Origin: an uncultured Gammaproteobacteria bacterium
GTDB taxonomy: Bacteria > Patescibacteriota > Microgenomatia > Levybacterales > UBA12049
NCBI GenBank assembly: GCA_964372855.1
Contig: CAYJRY010000003.1
Location: forward strand, 848 to 51,720
Direction: 5' to 3'
Length of the DNA stretch: 50,873 nt
Position 1 is the stretch's first letter. Each line of letters starts with the position of its first letter. Under the pieces are notes generated by a model. It saw nothing but the letters and a program-made list of their open reading frames with translations, did no database searches and was not told where the DNA came from. Shown one piece after another: positions 8,480 to 21,106 of this stretch. The position numbers were made by a program, and so were the translations under genes.

Positions 8480-9566
8480 AAAACTAATTGCGATAATCCT
8501 TCTTTTTCTTTTTGTTATCTTTTTTGGAAGGCTTATTGTTGAAGTTATAAGATGGATGCCTACTTTACTTCAATATTTTTTCCAGAAAGAAATTGCCCTA
8601 CAAAAAACAGAGGAAAGGGTAAATGTGTTGTTTTTGGGAATTGGAGGAGGCAGACATGAGGGACCTCTTCTTACAGACACTATTATCTATGCAAGTATTG
8701 ACCCAGAAAAAGAAAAAGTAACACTTATCTCAATTCCAAGAGATTTGTGGATTGAGGATTTGAGAGCAAAGATAAACACAGCATATTCTTATGGGGAGGA
8801 AAAAAGAAAAGATGGTGGAATTATTCTTACAAAAACTTTAGTTTCGAAAATTTTAAATCAGCCGGTTGATTATGTCTTAAGGATTGATTTTAATGGATTT
8901 GTAAGGGCAATTGATATGGTTGGGGGCATAGATGTTGAGGTTGAGAGGAGCTTTGAAGATCAGGAATATCCAATTTCTGGTAAAGAGACTGATACTTGTG
9001 GTTTTGAGGGTGAAGAATTTGAAAAACGTGCAACCTCCAGTGCAATATTTGAAGCATTTCCGTGTCGGTATGAACATATATCATTTCAAGAAGGCATACA
9101 GCATATGGATGGAGTTACTGCTTTAAAATTTGTCCGCTCACGTCATGCAAAAGGAGTTGAGGGGACTGATTTTGCAAGAAGCAAAAGGCAGGAGTTAGTA
9201 ATACAGGCATTTAGAAATAAAGCGTTTTCTCTAACAACCCTTCTTAATCCTGCGAAAGTTATGAGTTTGTACGATGTTTTTCAAGACTCTCTTCATACAG
9301 ATATAAAACAAAGCGAATATGATGATTTTGTGAAGCTTGCTAAAAAAATGAAAGATACGAAAATAAATAATGTGGTTTTTTTCTACACAGATGCCTATTC
9401 AAATGATCCGGGGATCTTTGTTAACCCGCCGACATCTGGAGAATTTGGTAATCAGTGGGTTTTAATACCTAGAAGAGGAGCTTCAGATTTTTCAGAAATT
9501 CAGCAGCTTGTTGATTGTGAAATAAAAATAGGCAACTGCAACATAATCCCAATCCCTACACAGTGA
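8442..9566 (+). CDS. LytR-CpsA-Psr (LCP) family cell-wall glycopolymer ligase
   Basis: TM anchor, then 'VNVLFLGIGGGRHEGPLLTDTIIYASIDPEKEKVTLISIPRDLW' and 'LKFVRSRH..DFARSKRQ'. The start was moved to the ATG at 8442; the ORF-track start at 8337 lies deep inside tpiA. Confidence 0.85.
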   Translation: MSKNLRKLFITRKKLIAIILLFLFVIFFGRLIVEVIRWMPTLLQYFFQKEIALQKTEERVNVLFLGIGGGRHEGPLLTDTIIYASIDPEKEKVTLISIPRDLWIEDLRAKINTAYSYGEEKRKDGGIILTKTLVSKILNQPVDYVLRIDFNGFVRAIDMVGGIDVEVERSFEDQEYPISGKETDTCGFEGEEFEKRATSSAIFEAFPCRYEHISFQEGIQHMDGVTALKFVRSRHAKGVEGTDFARSKRQELVIQAFRNKAFSLTTLLNPAKVMSLYDVFQDSLHTDIKQSEYDDFVKLAKKMKDTKINNVVFFYTDAYSNDPGIFVNPPTSGEFGNQWVLIPRRGASDFSEIQQLVDCEIKIGNCNIIPIPTQ

Positions 9567-9576
9567 CGGTGGATTT

Positions 9577-9617
9577 GTCATTGTGATCTCGAGCGAAGCC
9601 GAGAGAGAAGCAATCTC
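9577..9617. repeat. Solo arm of the GTCAT-type hairpin repeat family
   Basis: gtcattgtgatctcgagcgaagccgagagagaagcaatctc. It shares GTCATTxTGA...GCGAAG...GAAGxAATC with 12385, 44505 and 45896. No complementary arm was seen. Confidence 0.5.
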
Positions 9618-9683
9618 TTGTTAAATGATTCAAATCATTTTACAAATTTGACATCTTTGAGATTTGTATGTCATAGTTTAGAA

Positions 9684-10379
9684 ATGGATAATCCGCAAGA
9701 ACAATTACAAGCACAACAGCCGACGAATCCAACGCCATCGCAGGTTAATTCATCTCGCAAATCAATTATTATTCCTCTTGGTCTTGGAATACTTTTTGTA
9801 TTAATTACTATTGGTGCTTATCTTTTGGGAACAAGACAAAGTCAGACAGTCGTCCAAAACCAACAAAACCAAGTCATACCAACCTCAATCCCAACTCCAA
9901 TCCCCGATGAGACTGCGAACTGGACGACATATAAAAGCACTCAGTTGCCTGAAAATTCGCTTAAGGCATATTCTATTAAACATCCAACTGACTGGAATTT
10001 AAAGATAGATACAGATAAAATTGGATATCATAAATTAACACTCTCAAAACAGAACCATTTAATTACAATTTTTCAGGATGCCTTTGGTGGTGGCGGATGT
10101 ATATTTGAAGGTGAAGTTCCTGAAGGACCATATGGTGATTATAGGAATAAAAAATACACACAAATTGAATCTGGGATTGGGACACTACGAAGGCTTGAGC
10201 TAGATACTCAAACAAATAATCCTAATGTGACTACCTTCGGTTTTTGTATTAGCACTGATGGCAAAAATTATGGTAGTCCGACACATATTGGTATCATCAC
10301 ATACGAGGTACCTAAAAACTATAATCAAATATTAATTGATGAGATGGATAAAATTATCAAAACTGTAGCAATAGAATAA
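9684..10379 (+). CDS. Hypothetical membrane-anchored exported protein
   Basis: Q/P-rich N-terminus and one TM segment (IIIPLGLGILFVLITIGAYLL), then a ~170-aa domain with no motif I recognise. The ATG at 9684 is preferred over the TTG at 9618. Confidence 0.5.
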   Translation: MDNPQEQLQAQQPTNPTPSQVNSSRKSIIIPLGLGILFVLITIGAYLLGTRQSQTVVQNQQNQVIPTSIPTPIPDETANWTTYKSTQLPENSLKAYSIKHPTDWNLKIDTDKIGYHKLTLSKQNHLITIFQDAFGGGGCIFEGEVPEGPYGDYRNKKYTQIESGIGTLRRLELDTQTNNPNVTTFGFCISTDGKNYGSPTHIGIITYEVPKNYNQILIDEMDKIIKTVAIE

Positions 10380-10490
10380 TCACCAAATGCTCGCGACCTT
10401 TCAATTCACTCAGTAAAGAGTATTATTCTTCCCTTTTAATTCTTATTTAGCTAAAAATTAATGGTAGTAGTTAATTTAGAATTTGTAAAT

Positions 10491-10516
10491 ACTTTAATAA
10501 TATATATTATTAAAGT
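10491..10516. terminator. Perfect 26-bp AT-rich palindrome between convergent genes (candidate bidirectional terminator)
   Basis: actttaataatat|atattattaaagt is perfectly self-complementary. A second inverted repeat, cactctaat-N10-attagagtg, sits at 10534-10561. Confidence 0.35.
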
Positions 10517-10554
10517 GAAATATTGGATTATAAACACTCTAATAATACGTATCA

Positions 10555-13080
<2,526 letters not shown>

Positions 13081-13081
13081 A

Positions 13082-13621
13082 TCAGGAAAACATTTCAGGA
13101 AGAGTTTTGATAGCAAAAAGATTTTTTCCTAAGTTTTTTTTGATTTTTTTATTCAACCAGAAAAATTTAGTTTTAGCATTATTCTGTGCTAGGTACTTTA
13201 AGAGGTGAAGATCATCGTCAACATACATATCAATTTTGAGCTTTTGGATAATTTCATTTTTAAATATATGCGCTTGTTTGTTTTCAAAATTAAAATATAA
13301 ATCTTCAAAAAGTTTGTTAAGTTGGTGTTTTTTGACAAGATGCAAAGTTTTTTCTTTTAAAAAACCAAGCCTACTTGAAATTAGATAATGTTTGTGTGTA
13401 TTTTTGGATGCCAAATCTTTCATAAATTCTACATTTTCTTTAATTGGCTGGCGAAGAAATGGATGGTGAATCAGTAGGCGAAGCATTTGTTCGGGTTTGT
13501 TGGGAATCCTATAAATAAGCTGCCCATTTGCTTTTTTCTTGTAAAGTCTGTCTATTATAAAATCTGGGAGAAAAAATGGATAATCAATAAAAACTTTGTC
13601 AAGATCAAATCCAATATTCAT
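13082..13621 (-). CDS. HAD-superfamily-like hydrolase (putative phosphatase)
   Basis: FDLDKV (DxDxV motif I), LISSR (motif II Ser) and MYVDDD (motif IV) in the right order within a 179-aa protein. Confidence 0.5.
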   Translation of the reverse strand: MNIGFDLDKVFIDYPFFLPDFIIDRLYKKKANGQLIYRIPNKPEQMLRLLIHHPFLRQPIKENVEFMKDLASKNTHKHYLISSRLGFLKEKTLHLVKKHQLNKLFEDLYFNFENKQAHIFKNEIIQKLKIDMYVDDDLHLLKYLAQNNAKTKFFWLNKKIKKNLGKNLFAIKTLPEMFS

Positions 13622-13668
13622 ACCTTGTATTAAGATTATATTATAATTAAGATTATAGCATTAATTTT

Positions 13669-14709
13669 ATGAAAATTTTAGTCACAGGCGGAGCAGGATT
13701 TTTAGGCATGCACCTCGCATGGTATCTTCATAAAAAGTTTAATAACATTACGCTTATTGATGTTGCACAGTTTAATAAGAAAGAATATCCTTCAAATTCC
13801 CAACTAGCTGTTTGTGACGTTAGAAATAAAAATAAACTTGAAAGTTTTGTTAGAGGACAAGACGTTATTATCCATGCTGCTGCTGCTCTTCCTCTTTGGA
13901 AAGAAAAAGATATTTATACGACAAATATTGATGGGACAAAGAATATCTTAGAACTTGCAAAAATACATAAGGTAAAAAGAGTTATTTTTATATCATCAAC
14001 CGCTGTTTACGGTGTTCCCAAAAAACATCCAATAGTTGAAGATGATCCTCGTGTCGGAGTAGGAGCATATGGTAAATCAAAGATTGTCGCTGAAGATTTA
14101 TGTTTTGATGCAATTGAAAAAGGCCAAAACATAACAATAATTCGACCAAAAACATTTGTTGGCACAGGGAGATTGGGAGTTTTTGAAATACTTTTCGACT
14201 GGATCCATGATGGCAAAAAAATCCCGGTAATCGGAAGTGGCAAAAATAAATATCAACTTTTGGATGTTGATGATCTTGTTGATGTGATTTATAGATTTTG
14301 TCTTAAACACAAAAAATCATACAATGGAGTTTTTAATATTGGAGCAGAAAGATTTAATACAGTTAAAGAAGACTTGGAGGAATTATTTAAGTTTTCCAAA
14401 TCAGGTTCTAAAATTCTCAAAACACCAGCATTTTTGGTAAAAAACATATTGTGGTTTTTTGAGAAAATCGGAGTTTCCCCATTATATCAATGGGTTTATG
14501 ATACGGCAGATAAAGATTCATTTGTCTCAAATGAAAAGCTAAAAAAAGCTTTGAATTGGAAACCAAAATATTCAAATTCACAAGCTCTAATAAAAGCGTA
14601 TAAGTGGTATTTGGATAATTATAAAGAAGTTAAATCAATAGCATCTGGAATTACACATACCACTGGATGGAAACAGGGAATCTTAAAGCTTTTCAAGAGA
14701 TTGGTATAG
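13669..14709 (+). CDS. NAD-dependent epimerase/dehydratase (extended SDR)
   Basis: 'KILVTGGAGFLGMHL' Rossmann motif, 'SSTAVYG' and the 'YGKSK' YxxxK catalytic motif. Confidence 0.85.
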   Translation: MKILVTGGAGFLGMHLAWYLHKKFNNITLIDVAQFNKKEYPSNSQLAVCDVRNKNKLESFVRGQDVIIHAAAALPLWKEKDIYTTNIDGTKNILELAKIHKVKRVIFISSTAVYGVPKKHPIVEDDPRVGVGAYGKSKIVAEDLCFDAIEKGQNITIIRPKTFVGTGRLGVFEILFDWIHDGKKIPVIGSGKNKYQLLDVDDLVDVIYRFCLKHKKSYNGVFNIGAERFNTVKEDLEELFKFSKSGSKILKTPAFLVKNILWFFEKIGVSPLYQWVYDTADKDSFVSNEKLKKALNWKPKYSNSQALIKAYKWYLDNYKEVKSIASGITHTTGWKQGILKLFKRLV

Positions 14710-14723
14710 TAAAATACTGATTT

Positions 14724-16259
14724 TTAATTTATTCTTTTTATTTCGTAAGTCCAAAAAGAAGGAGAATTGTCGACACCATTGAAAAAGTGCTGTTCTTTAC
14801 CATATGGATAAGTATACTTAATTTTACTCATTGAAGGAGAATTTGGCGGCATAATGTATACTATATTTTTAGAAGTTGAATTAGAAATAGGAATTACTTG
14901 TTCTGAATTATCTATATCAACTCCTTCTAATTCAGGATTAATGAATCGTATTGTCCCATGATTGAAATAAAGCCATGTATTTTCGCGAAGCATGTAAACC
15001 TTCCAGTTTAGGCCTAGATTTTTTAGATAGTAAGCGATTTGTGTTGCTGGTTCTCTTTGAGCCCAACCATCCTTTGAGCGTATATAATCATTAAAATAAA
15101 TTTTATAATCCCAAAATCCATTAATGACGAAAATCATAATTAATATTAATTTTAAAAAACGAATTTTATATCTTAGAAACTCTTCAATGGTTATGCCAGC
15201 AAAGAGAAAAAGCACCGGTATAAGTCCTACTAGTCTTTGACTTGATGGAGGATCTATAGTAATTGTCCCGCCGAAAAGTATAATAACAAAAAACCAAATC
15301 AGCAATAATTGCGATTTATTACTTTTATATTTAAAAAAAGATATTAATAATCCCCCAATAGTAAAAAATCCAATAATTGGGGCAAGTAATCCTTTTTGAT
15401 ATCCATAAAAGTAAAAACCAATATCTCCACCGAAATTAAATACTTTTAATGTATTTATAAATTGCCAGAATAAAACACTTGGGACATTATCTGTATTGTA
15501 GCGCTTGTAATACTCATCAAGATGATTAAATACGGAAACTTCATTGAGCCGAGGTGAGTAGGTGCCAGGATTTGAAAAATAATAAATACCTTGCGGTAAA
15601 AAAACGACCCCTGCAGTTATAAAAATGAAAAATATTTTCTTAAAAACTAATATTTTTTTTCTATTTTGAATAATAAATATAAAGGTAAAAACTCCTACAA
15701 TTATAGGGAGAGCTTTTGTTGTATGGTGAAAATATAAAGATAATCCAAGAAATATACCTGCAATTATTGCATTTATATAATTTTGTTCTTTAATTGTCCT
15801 ATACAAAAAATAAATAATAATACATGCAAAAAGAGGCGTCCAAATATTTGAAAGGGCAAGCCTACTATATGCAATGTGATAATGGGATGTTGCAAATGAT
15901 AAAGCTATAAGCAATATAATCAGTTTATTTTGAAATATTAATTTTGCCAAGATAATAAAAAAAATAATCGTAAGAAATCCTGCAAATGCAGATGATGATC
16001 GAATACCAAACACAGTATCTCCAAAAATTCTAAGAAATAAACCTTGAACCTTATAACTCAGTATTGAAAAATCAAAATACTGTCCAATATTACCGAGTGA
16101 GAAAAAACTAGTATATTCTCCTCTGTTCACTTTTTGTTCTATAAGTCCCCACTCTGCCTCATCTCCATGAATCCCGGGAGGAATATGTCCAAGATCATAG
16201 AATCTTAGAGTAAATGCTAGTATCAAAATAAGAAATAAAGCAATCCAATAAACCCTCAT
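14724..16259 (-). CDS. GT-C fold membrane glycosyltransferase (GT39/ArnT/PMT-like)
   Basis: About 12 TM segments. First-loop acidic motif 'GIHGDEAEWG' after TM1 'LRFYDLG'. Soluble C-terminal domain. Confidence 0.7.
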   Translation of the reverse strand: MRVYWIALFLILILAFTLRFYDLGHIPPGIHGDEAEWGLIEQKVNRGEYTSFFSLGNIGQYFDFSILSYKVQGLFLRIFGDTVFGIRSSSAFAGFLTIIFFIILAKLIFQNKLIILLIALSFATSHYHIAYSRLALSNIWTPLFACIIIYFLYRTIKEQNYINAIIAGIFLGLSLYFHHTTKALPIIVGVFTFIFIIQNRKKILVFKKIFFIFITAGVVFLPQGIYYFSNPGTYSPRLNEVSVFNHLDEYYKRYNTDNVPSVLFWQFINTLKVFNFGGDIGFYFYGYQKGLLAPIIGFFTIGGLLISFFKYKSNKSQLLLIWFFVIILFGGTITIDPPSSQRLVGLIPVLFLFAGITIEEFLRYKIRFLKLILIMIFVINGFWDYKIYFNDYIRSKDGWAQREPATQIAYYLKNLGLNWKVYMLRENTWLYFNHGTIRFINPELEGVDIDNSEQVIPISNSTSKNIVYIMPPNSPSMSKIKYTYPYGKEQHFFNGVDNSPSFWTYEIKRIN

Positions 16260-18007
16260 AAAGAATTATAATTTTGGAATATCAATATTTTTGGGTGGTC
16301 ATAGACAGTAAATGATTCATCGGCGCTTTGGTCATTAATTGAGATGTTTAAAAATGGAATCGTTGGAGGATTTTCAAACTCAGCGACTTTCCTGTATCCC
16401 AATTCTCCGTTAAAAAGCCTTTGGTAATATTTATTGGCATTATGAGAGCATTTGTCTTTGGGAAGAATCCATTTTTGACAATTTTTATAAATCCTCTGAA
16501 GTGGAGTATATAAGCGGTTGCTGGCGATAATTATATAATCTGCCTCTTGAACTTTTTGGTAAATTTCTCTCTCCAAAGAAGGATCAGACATTCCGTAAAT
16601 AGGAAGTTCCAAAGTTTTATAGATAATATTTCCACCAATCGGCATCCCATCGTCCCAATGTTCGATAGCTAGAGTTTTGTCAGAGGGAATATTTTCATAA
16701 ATCCATTCCGAGGCCAAAACACGAGTGTTTGGTCTGGTATAGATATTCATGAAAGACAAAGGCCAAACTAATAAGAAAGTATAAAGTATTAAGTATAAAG
16801 TATTAAGTATAAAATTGGATTTAATGCGATGCCTTAGATATTTATATATTTGATAAATAAAAACCGCAGCAAAAATGGCTAAAAGAGGATATAGAGGAAG
16901 CAAGTAGCGCATCCAACCAACCGCGAAGTTGCCAACGATAATGAAATAGGTTAAGAAAAATAATAATATTATAATTGTTCCATTATTCCATTGTTTCATT
17001 GTTTTATAACAGACATAAAAAATTCCTAAGAAAGAAGGCATTGCGAGTATAGGGCCTAATCCCCATAAAAACATATTTTTTAATTCGTACCAATATGGAA
17101 TTTTTCCAACATATTGTAATGTATAGGGAAAAGTGAATGCATCGTATGTCATTTTTCTTTGCTCATTACTTTGTTTCCAAAATTCTTGAAAGTCAATAAG
17201 CGCGTAAGGTTGAAATATTGCAAAAGTTATAATGGTAACAACAATAATCGTTAAACCATCAATTATTAGTCTTTTCAAAAAACTTGGCACATGTGGGAAC
17301 CAAATATGAGGCTTATGTGGTTGTTTTAGGAAAATGAGTATAAAATCAACAGTAATTGCGGCAAAAATTGCAACTACAAGAGGAATAGCACTAATTTTTG
17401 TTACAAGCGACAATCCAAAACATACACCAACAATAGCTGCGTTTTTACGTGAAGGTTTTTCATAGAATCGTATAAGTTGAAAAAGTGTAAGGGTTATAAA
17501 AAATGTCAAAAGTGTATCTACAGCATAGAAATGCGCTGTTTGGATAGGAAATACTGATATTGCATAAAAAAAAGAGGCAAGAAGTGCTACTTTACTATTA
17601 AATAATTTTTTGGCAATTAGAAAAATTATAAAAATTGTTCCAATGTCTGCGATTCCTGAGATAGCTCTTCCGACCAGATTTATTTTGTCGTAAGAAAGAT
17701 ATAAAGGGTCAAAGTTTGCTAAAAAAGACGCGGTTATTTTAAGTAAATAAAGTGGAAAATTACCATAAGCAAAAAAATGAGGATTTAATGGACTTTCAGT
17801 ACTTAAAAATTCTTCAAGACTGTTGGGAAATTCAAGAGGCATTGCAAACATTACGATCGCTCGTTCATCAGGATGAAGATGGTGACCTTGATCCCAATTT
17901 AATCCATAGAATCTTAAAAAACTAGCCAAGCAAAGTATAGCAATCAAATACAGTAATTGTATTTTGATATTATTTAGAATTTGAAATTTAGTGCTTAGGA
18001 TATTCAT
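16256..18007 (-). CDS. GT-C fold membrane glycosyltransferase (GT39-like), tandem paralog 1
   Basis: 'LRFYGLNWDQGHHLHPDE' first-loop motif. Polytopic. The C-terminal 'ADYIIIASNRLY..LFNGELGYRKVAEF..ADESFTVYDHPKILIF' is shared with the next gene. Confidence 0.7.
   Translation of the reverse strand: MNILSTKFQILNNIKIQLLYLIAILCLASFLRFYGLNWDQGHHLHPDERAIVMFAMPLEFPNSLEEFLSTESPLNPHFFAYGNFPLYLLKITASFLANFDPLYLSYDKINLVGRAISGIADIGTIFIIFLIAKKLFNSKVALLASFFYAISVFPIQTAHFYAVDTLLTFFITLTLFQLIRFYEKPSRKNAAIVGVCFGLSLVTKISAIPLVVAIFAAITVDFILIFLKQPHKPHIWFPHVPSFLKRLIIDGLTIIVVTIITFAIFQPYALIDFQEFWKQSNEQRKMTYDAFTFPYTLQYVGKIPYWYELKNMFLWGLGPILAMPSFLGIFYVCYKTMKQWNNGTIIILLFFLTYFIIVGNFAVGWMRYLLPLYPLLAIFAAVFIYQIYKYLRHRIKSNFILNTLYLILYTFLLVWPLSFMNIYTRPNTRVLASEWIYENIPSDKTLAIEHWDDGMPIGGNIIYKTLELPIYGMSDPSLEREIYQKVQEADYIIIASNRLYTPLQRIYKNCQKWILPKDKCSHNANKYYQRLFNGELGYRKVAEFENPPTIPFLNISINDQSADESFTVYDHPKILIFQNYNSL
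16779..16813. repeat. AGTATWA x5 heptamer array inside the GT-C CDS
   Basis: agtataa|agtatta|agtataa|agtatta|agtataa. Encodes part of a TM-like stretch, ILNTLYLILYTFLL. Confidence 0.8.
17973..18001. repeat. Heptamer array forming the first ~11 codons of the GT-C CDS
   Basis: tttagaa|tttgaaa|tttagtg|cttagga. Contains the core ATTTAGTGCTTAGGAT (17986-18001), related to 4285 and 19783. Confidence 0.7.
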
Positions 18008-18024
18008 AGCCGATATTAAAAAGG

Positions 18025-19716
18025 TTATTCAGTAAATCTAGCATACTCTTCTCTAGTTAATTGTTTCTTTTTCTCAAAAACTCTTATCACTGGATGGTCA
18101 AAAACACTCCAGGTTTCTTCAGCTTCTTCATCAGGAAACTCTATTTTTAATCCAAAAAAAGATAGTTTTGGGAATGAACTAAATTCTTTTATTTTCTCAA
18201 ATCCTAAATTCCCATCGAATAACGAATCATATACTTTAGCAGTTTTTGGATAAAAATTTTTAAGTCTTTGATGATTGTAAAATACTCGTCTACTTTGCAC
18301 TAAGAAATAATCAGATGAATATAAAGCGTCAATAATTTTTTCTCTTGTTAAGATATCTTTTTCTAAGGCATAAAAATCCAATGAGATTCTTTGAAAATTA
18401 CCATTAAGAGGTAGATCAACAGTATTTCCTCCCTCAACTAAAATGTTCGAACCAGGTTTCAAATAAGATTCTAACCATCTCGACGCAGTTATTCGAACAT
18501 CTGGATTATCATAAATTGAAAAAAACGTTATAGCCCAAATAAAACTAAAAGTAGCTACTGCAAAAGATAATAAGTAGCCTAAAGTTTTCATTTTGTTTGT
18601 AAGTTGGCATAAGAAATACGCTGAGAAAATTGAAAAAAAAGGGAAAGTTGGGGCAATAAATCTAGTCCATTTTGCGAAAAGAAAAGCATTTGGTAGGAAC
18701 AGAGACAGTAATACAATTATAATTAGAATTAGAATAAAAATTAACGTATTGTTAAATTGCTTCGTTGCTTTATTGTTGTAGATTTCTGAGATAATTCTTA
18801 CAATAAGATAGATAAATCCTAAAATCCCAAAAATATAAAGAGATGGGCCTAAGGTATAAGGGAAGATTTTTTCTAGCTGAAACAATACGGGAGTGGTGTT
18901 GATAAATTGCCTTGTGTAAAAAACTGGTATTTTTCCAATTGCCAGTCCTCCTTCATAATCAACATTTCCCTTGAAGGCTTTGTAGTCAAGAAAAACATAA
19001 GGCGCAACAATTGCAAATGTGGCAAAGGCAATAACTATATTTATTAATAATAAACTACTAAATTTTAGCGTGGTTTTTAAGAATGATTTTAGATGAGATT
19101 TGTTTTTAGAATATGATTTGAATAAGATAGCTAAAATAAAAGGCAATACAAGAACAATAGAGCTTATTTTTACTCCTAACGCGAAACCAAAAGATATTGA
19201 TGAGAAGACAATAAAAAGTAATTTGTTGTTCTGTAGAAATTTTATCATTAAAAGTAAAGACAATAGTAAAAAAAATATTAGAGTAGATTCTGGCGTAGCA
19301 AAATGAGCCTGTTGAATAAGTCCGGCTGTTATAGCAACAAAAAAAGCTGCAAGAAGAGAAAATCTCTTATCCATAAAAGCTCTTGAGATTTTATAAATAA
19401 GGAAAATAGTTAAAGTAGAAAACAGAGCTGAATAAAATCGTCCAATTAAGAAAGGATTAAATATTTGACTAATAGAGTTAAGTAATTCTTTCGTGAAATA
19501 GATTAGATAGATAGTTACTGTTCCGTATGAAAAAAAGTGGGGATGCATTTGGTCAGGGTATGATAATTGATTAACAGAAGCAACTATATGATATTCATCA
19601 GGATGAGTATATAAACCTTCTCCCCAATCAAGTTTATAGAAGCGAAAAAAAGCACCTATCAGTATAACAAGGAATATAATGATTAACGAGCGATGTTTTT
19701 TAATGATGTAGAGCAT
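18025..19716 (-). CDS. GT-C fold membrane glycosyltransferase (GT39-like), tandem paralog 2
   Basis: 'FRFYKLDWGEGLYTHPDE' motif. Polytopic. C-terminal 'SDYFLVQSRRVF..LFDGNLGFEKIKEF..AEETWSVFDHPVIRVF' is paralogous to 16256-18007. Confidence 0.7.
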   Translation of the reverse strand: MLYIIKKHRSLIIIFLVILIGAFFRFYKLDWGEGLYTHPDEYHIVASVNQLSYPDQMHPHFFSYGTVTIYLIYFTKELLNSISQIFNPFLIGRFYSALFSTLTIFLIYKISRAFMDKRFSLLAAFFVAITAGLIQQAHFATPESTLIFFLLLSLLLMIKFLQNNKLLFIVFSSISFGFALGVKISSIVLVLPFILAILFKSYSKNKSHLKSFLKTTLKFSSLLLINIVIAFATFAIVAPYVFLDYKAFKGNVDYEGGLAIGKIPVFYTRQFINTTPVLFQLEKIFPYTLGPSLYIFGILGFIYLIVRIISEIYNNKATKQFNNTLIFILILIIIVLLSLFLPNAFLFAKWTRFIAPTFPFFSIFSAYFLCQLTNKMKTLGYLLSFAVATFSFIWAITFFSIYDNPDVRITASRWLESYLKPGSNILVEGGNTVDLPLNGNFQRISLDFYALEKDILTREKIIDALYSSDYFLVQSRRVFYNHQRLKNFYPKTAKVYDSLFDGNLGFEKIKEFSSFPKLSFFGLKIEFPDEEAEETWSVFDHPVIRVFEKKKQLTREEYARFTE

Positions 19717-19775
19717 ATAAATTTCTAAAATCTATTTGACCTAATTTCTAATAAATGACTTATGTCTAAATACCC

Positions 19776-19831
19776 AATTGGTATTTGGTGCTTGGGATTT
19801 ATTTAGAAATTAGTAATTAAGAATTAGTCAA
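19776..19831. repeat. 7-nt-periodic array spanning the FAD-oxidoreductase stop and the spacer upstream of the GT-C gene
   Basis: aattggt|atttggt|gcttggg|atttatt|tagaaat|tagtaat|taagaat|tagtcaa. Core ATTTGGTGCTTGGGAT at 19783-19798. Confidence 0.7.
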
Positions 19832-21106
19832 TATTAATTTTGCTACTTTTTCTCCTAACTCAACTGCGTAGTTGGTTCCCCTATCCCAAGGGTAGACTTG
19901 TTGTATATTAGCAAGGTAGACATTCTTAAGTGGTGTTTCAAATGGAGGAATAATTTTTGAATAATTGAGCGGGATTATAGGCTGAGCAAAAGGAACCTTA
20001 AAAAGTTCAAAGTTCAAAATTAAAAGTTCAAAGTTAGGATTTATCCTTTTTAGATAAGGGGTATAGACTTTTAAGAGTTCGGGAGCACTCATTTTCATAT
20101 ACGGATGGTCATAGGGAAGATAATTACCCAAATATACAATATGTTCATTATCGTAATATTTCTTATCCATAAAGTTAGTGTGTTCGACAATTGCCATTAT
20201 AGGCGAATCTTTATCGCAGATATTTAGCCAGTAAGTCCCATCTTTGAGGAATGGTTGTTTTAAACGAAGAATTAAATTGATTGCGCCTATACCCTTCAAA
20301 TTCATAAGTTTATTTTTGTAAACTTGCGGAAGATGTGGTGCAATTTTTAGGAAGTGAAATGAAGGAAGCGTTGCAATAACTTTGTCATAATTTTCCATTT
20401 TCCACCTTCCATTTTCCATTTTATACTTTATTTGTACACCAATTTCTTGCGCATCTATTTCTTCTACTTGAGTATTAAAAAAAACTTTTCCTCCTAATTT
20501 CTCGATTTTCTTAACAAGGATATTTGCGAACTCCAAAAAACCTCCTTTCGGATAACTTAAAGTTGACGTTCTTTTATTTATTCTCGCCCAAAACCATGCA
20601 AGGGAAATATCATCTTTATAATTTCCAAATTTTTTGGTAAATAGAGGATTCCATATCATTTCATAGCTACTTTTACCCATTATTTTTGGAAGAAAATCAG
20701 TAGCCTTAATATTTTCTAATGTCTGCCAAAAAGGGTTGTATTTCAAGGAAGCTAGAGCAAATGCCATACGAACACGATCAAAAATAGGCAATTTCGGAAA
20801 AGCCAGTAATGATTTTACCGAGTCTAGCTGATAAATTAAATTATTAATTAAAGTGGATGTTTTTGGACGTTTTGTAATGACTTCAAAATTTAGTTCTTTC
20901 GCTAAATTGAGCGTAGAATAGTCATTTGTAAACCAGTGATGATAATGTTTTTCCAAAGACCAATTCCATTTGGGTAATTTAAAGCCAACAGCCAATCCAC
21001 CAGGATTTTCATCTTTTTCAAATAAAGTTAAAGTATTGCCTAATTTTGATAGGTAGTAGGCTGCCGATAGTCCGGTAAAACCAGCACCAATTATTGCAAT
21101 TTTCAT
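19817..21106 (-). CDS. FAD/NAD(P)-binding oxidoreductase (amine-oxidase/PPOX/phytoene-desaturase-like fold)
   Basis: 'MKIAIIGAGFTGLSAAYYLSKLGNTLTLFEKDENPGGLA' is a dinucleotide-binding GxGxxG...E...GG motif. The length (429 aa) is typical of the family. Confidence 0.8.
   Translation of the reverse strand: MKIAIIGAGFTGLSAAYYLSKLGNTLTLFEKDENPGGLAVGFKLPKWNWSLEKHYHHWFTNDYSTLNLAKELNFEVITKRPKTSTLINNLIYQLDSVKSLLAFPKLPIFDRVRMAFALASLKYNPFWQTLENIKATDFLPKIMGKSSYEMIWNPLFTKKFGNYKDDISLAWFWARINKRTSTLSYPKGGFLEFANILVKKIEKLGGKVFFNTQVEEIDAQEIGVQIKYKMENGRWKMENYDKVIATLPSFHFLKIAPHLPQVYKNKLMNLKGIGAINLILRLKQPFLKDGTYWLNICDKDSPIMAIVEHTNFMDKKYYDNEHIVYLGNYLPYDHPYMKMSAPELLKVYTPYLKRINPNFELLILNFELFKVPFAQPIIPLNYSKIIPPFETPLKNVYLANIQQVYPWDRGTNYAVELGEKVAKLILTNS
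20003..20038. repeat. GTTCAAA heptamer array inside the FAD-oxidoreductase CDS
   Basis: agttcaa|agttcaa|aattaaa|agttcaa|agttagg. Matches the tpiA array at 33 of 34 positions on the same DNA strand, but here the gene is on the opposite strand, so it encodes NFELLILNFELF. Confidence 0.9.
20391..20418. repeat. TTTTCCA heptamer array inside the FAD-oxidoreductase CDS
   Basis: ttttcca|ttttcca|ccttcca|ttttcca. Encodes KMENGRWKMEN, which compares with 11143-11170. Confidence 0.85.
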
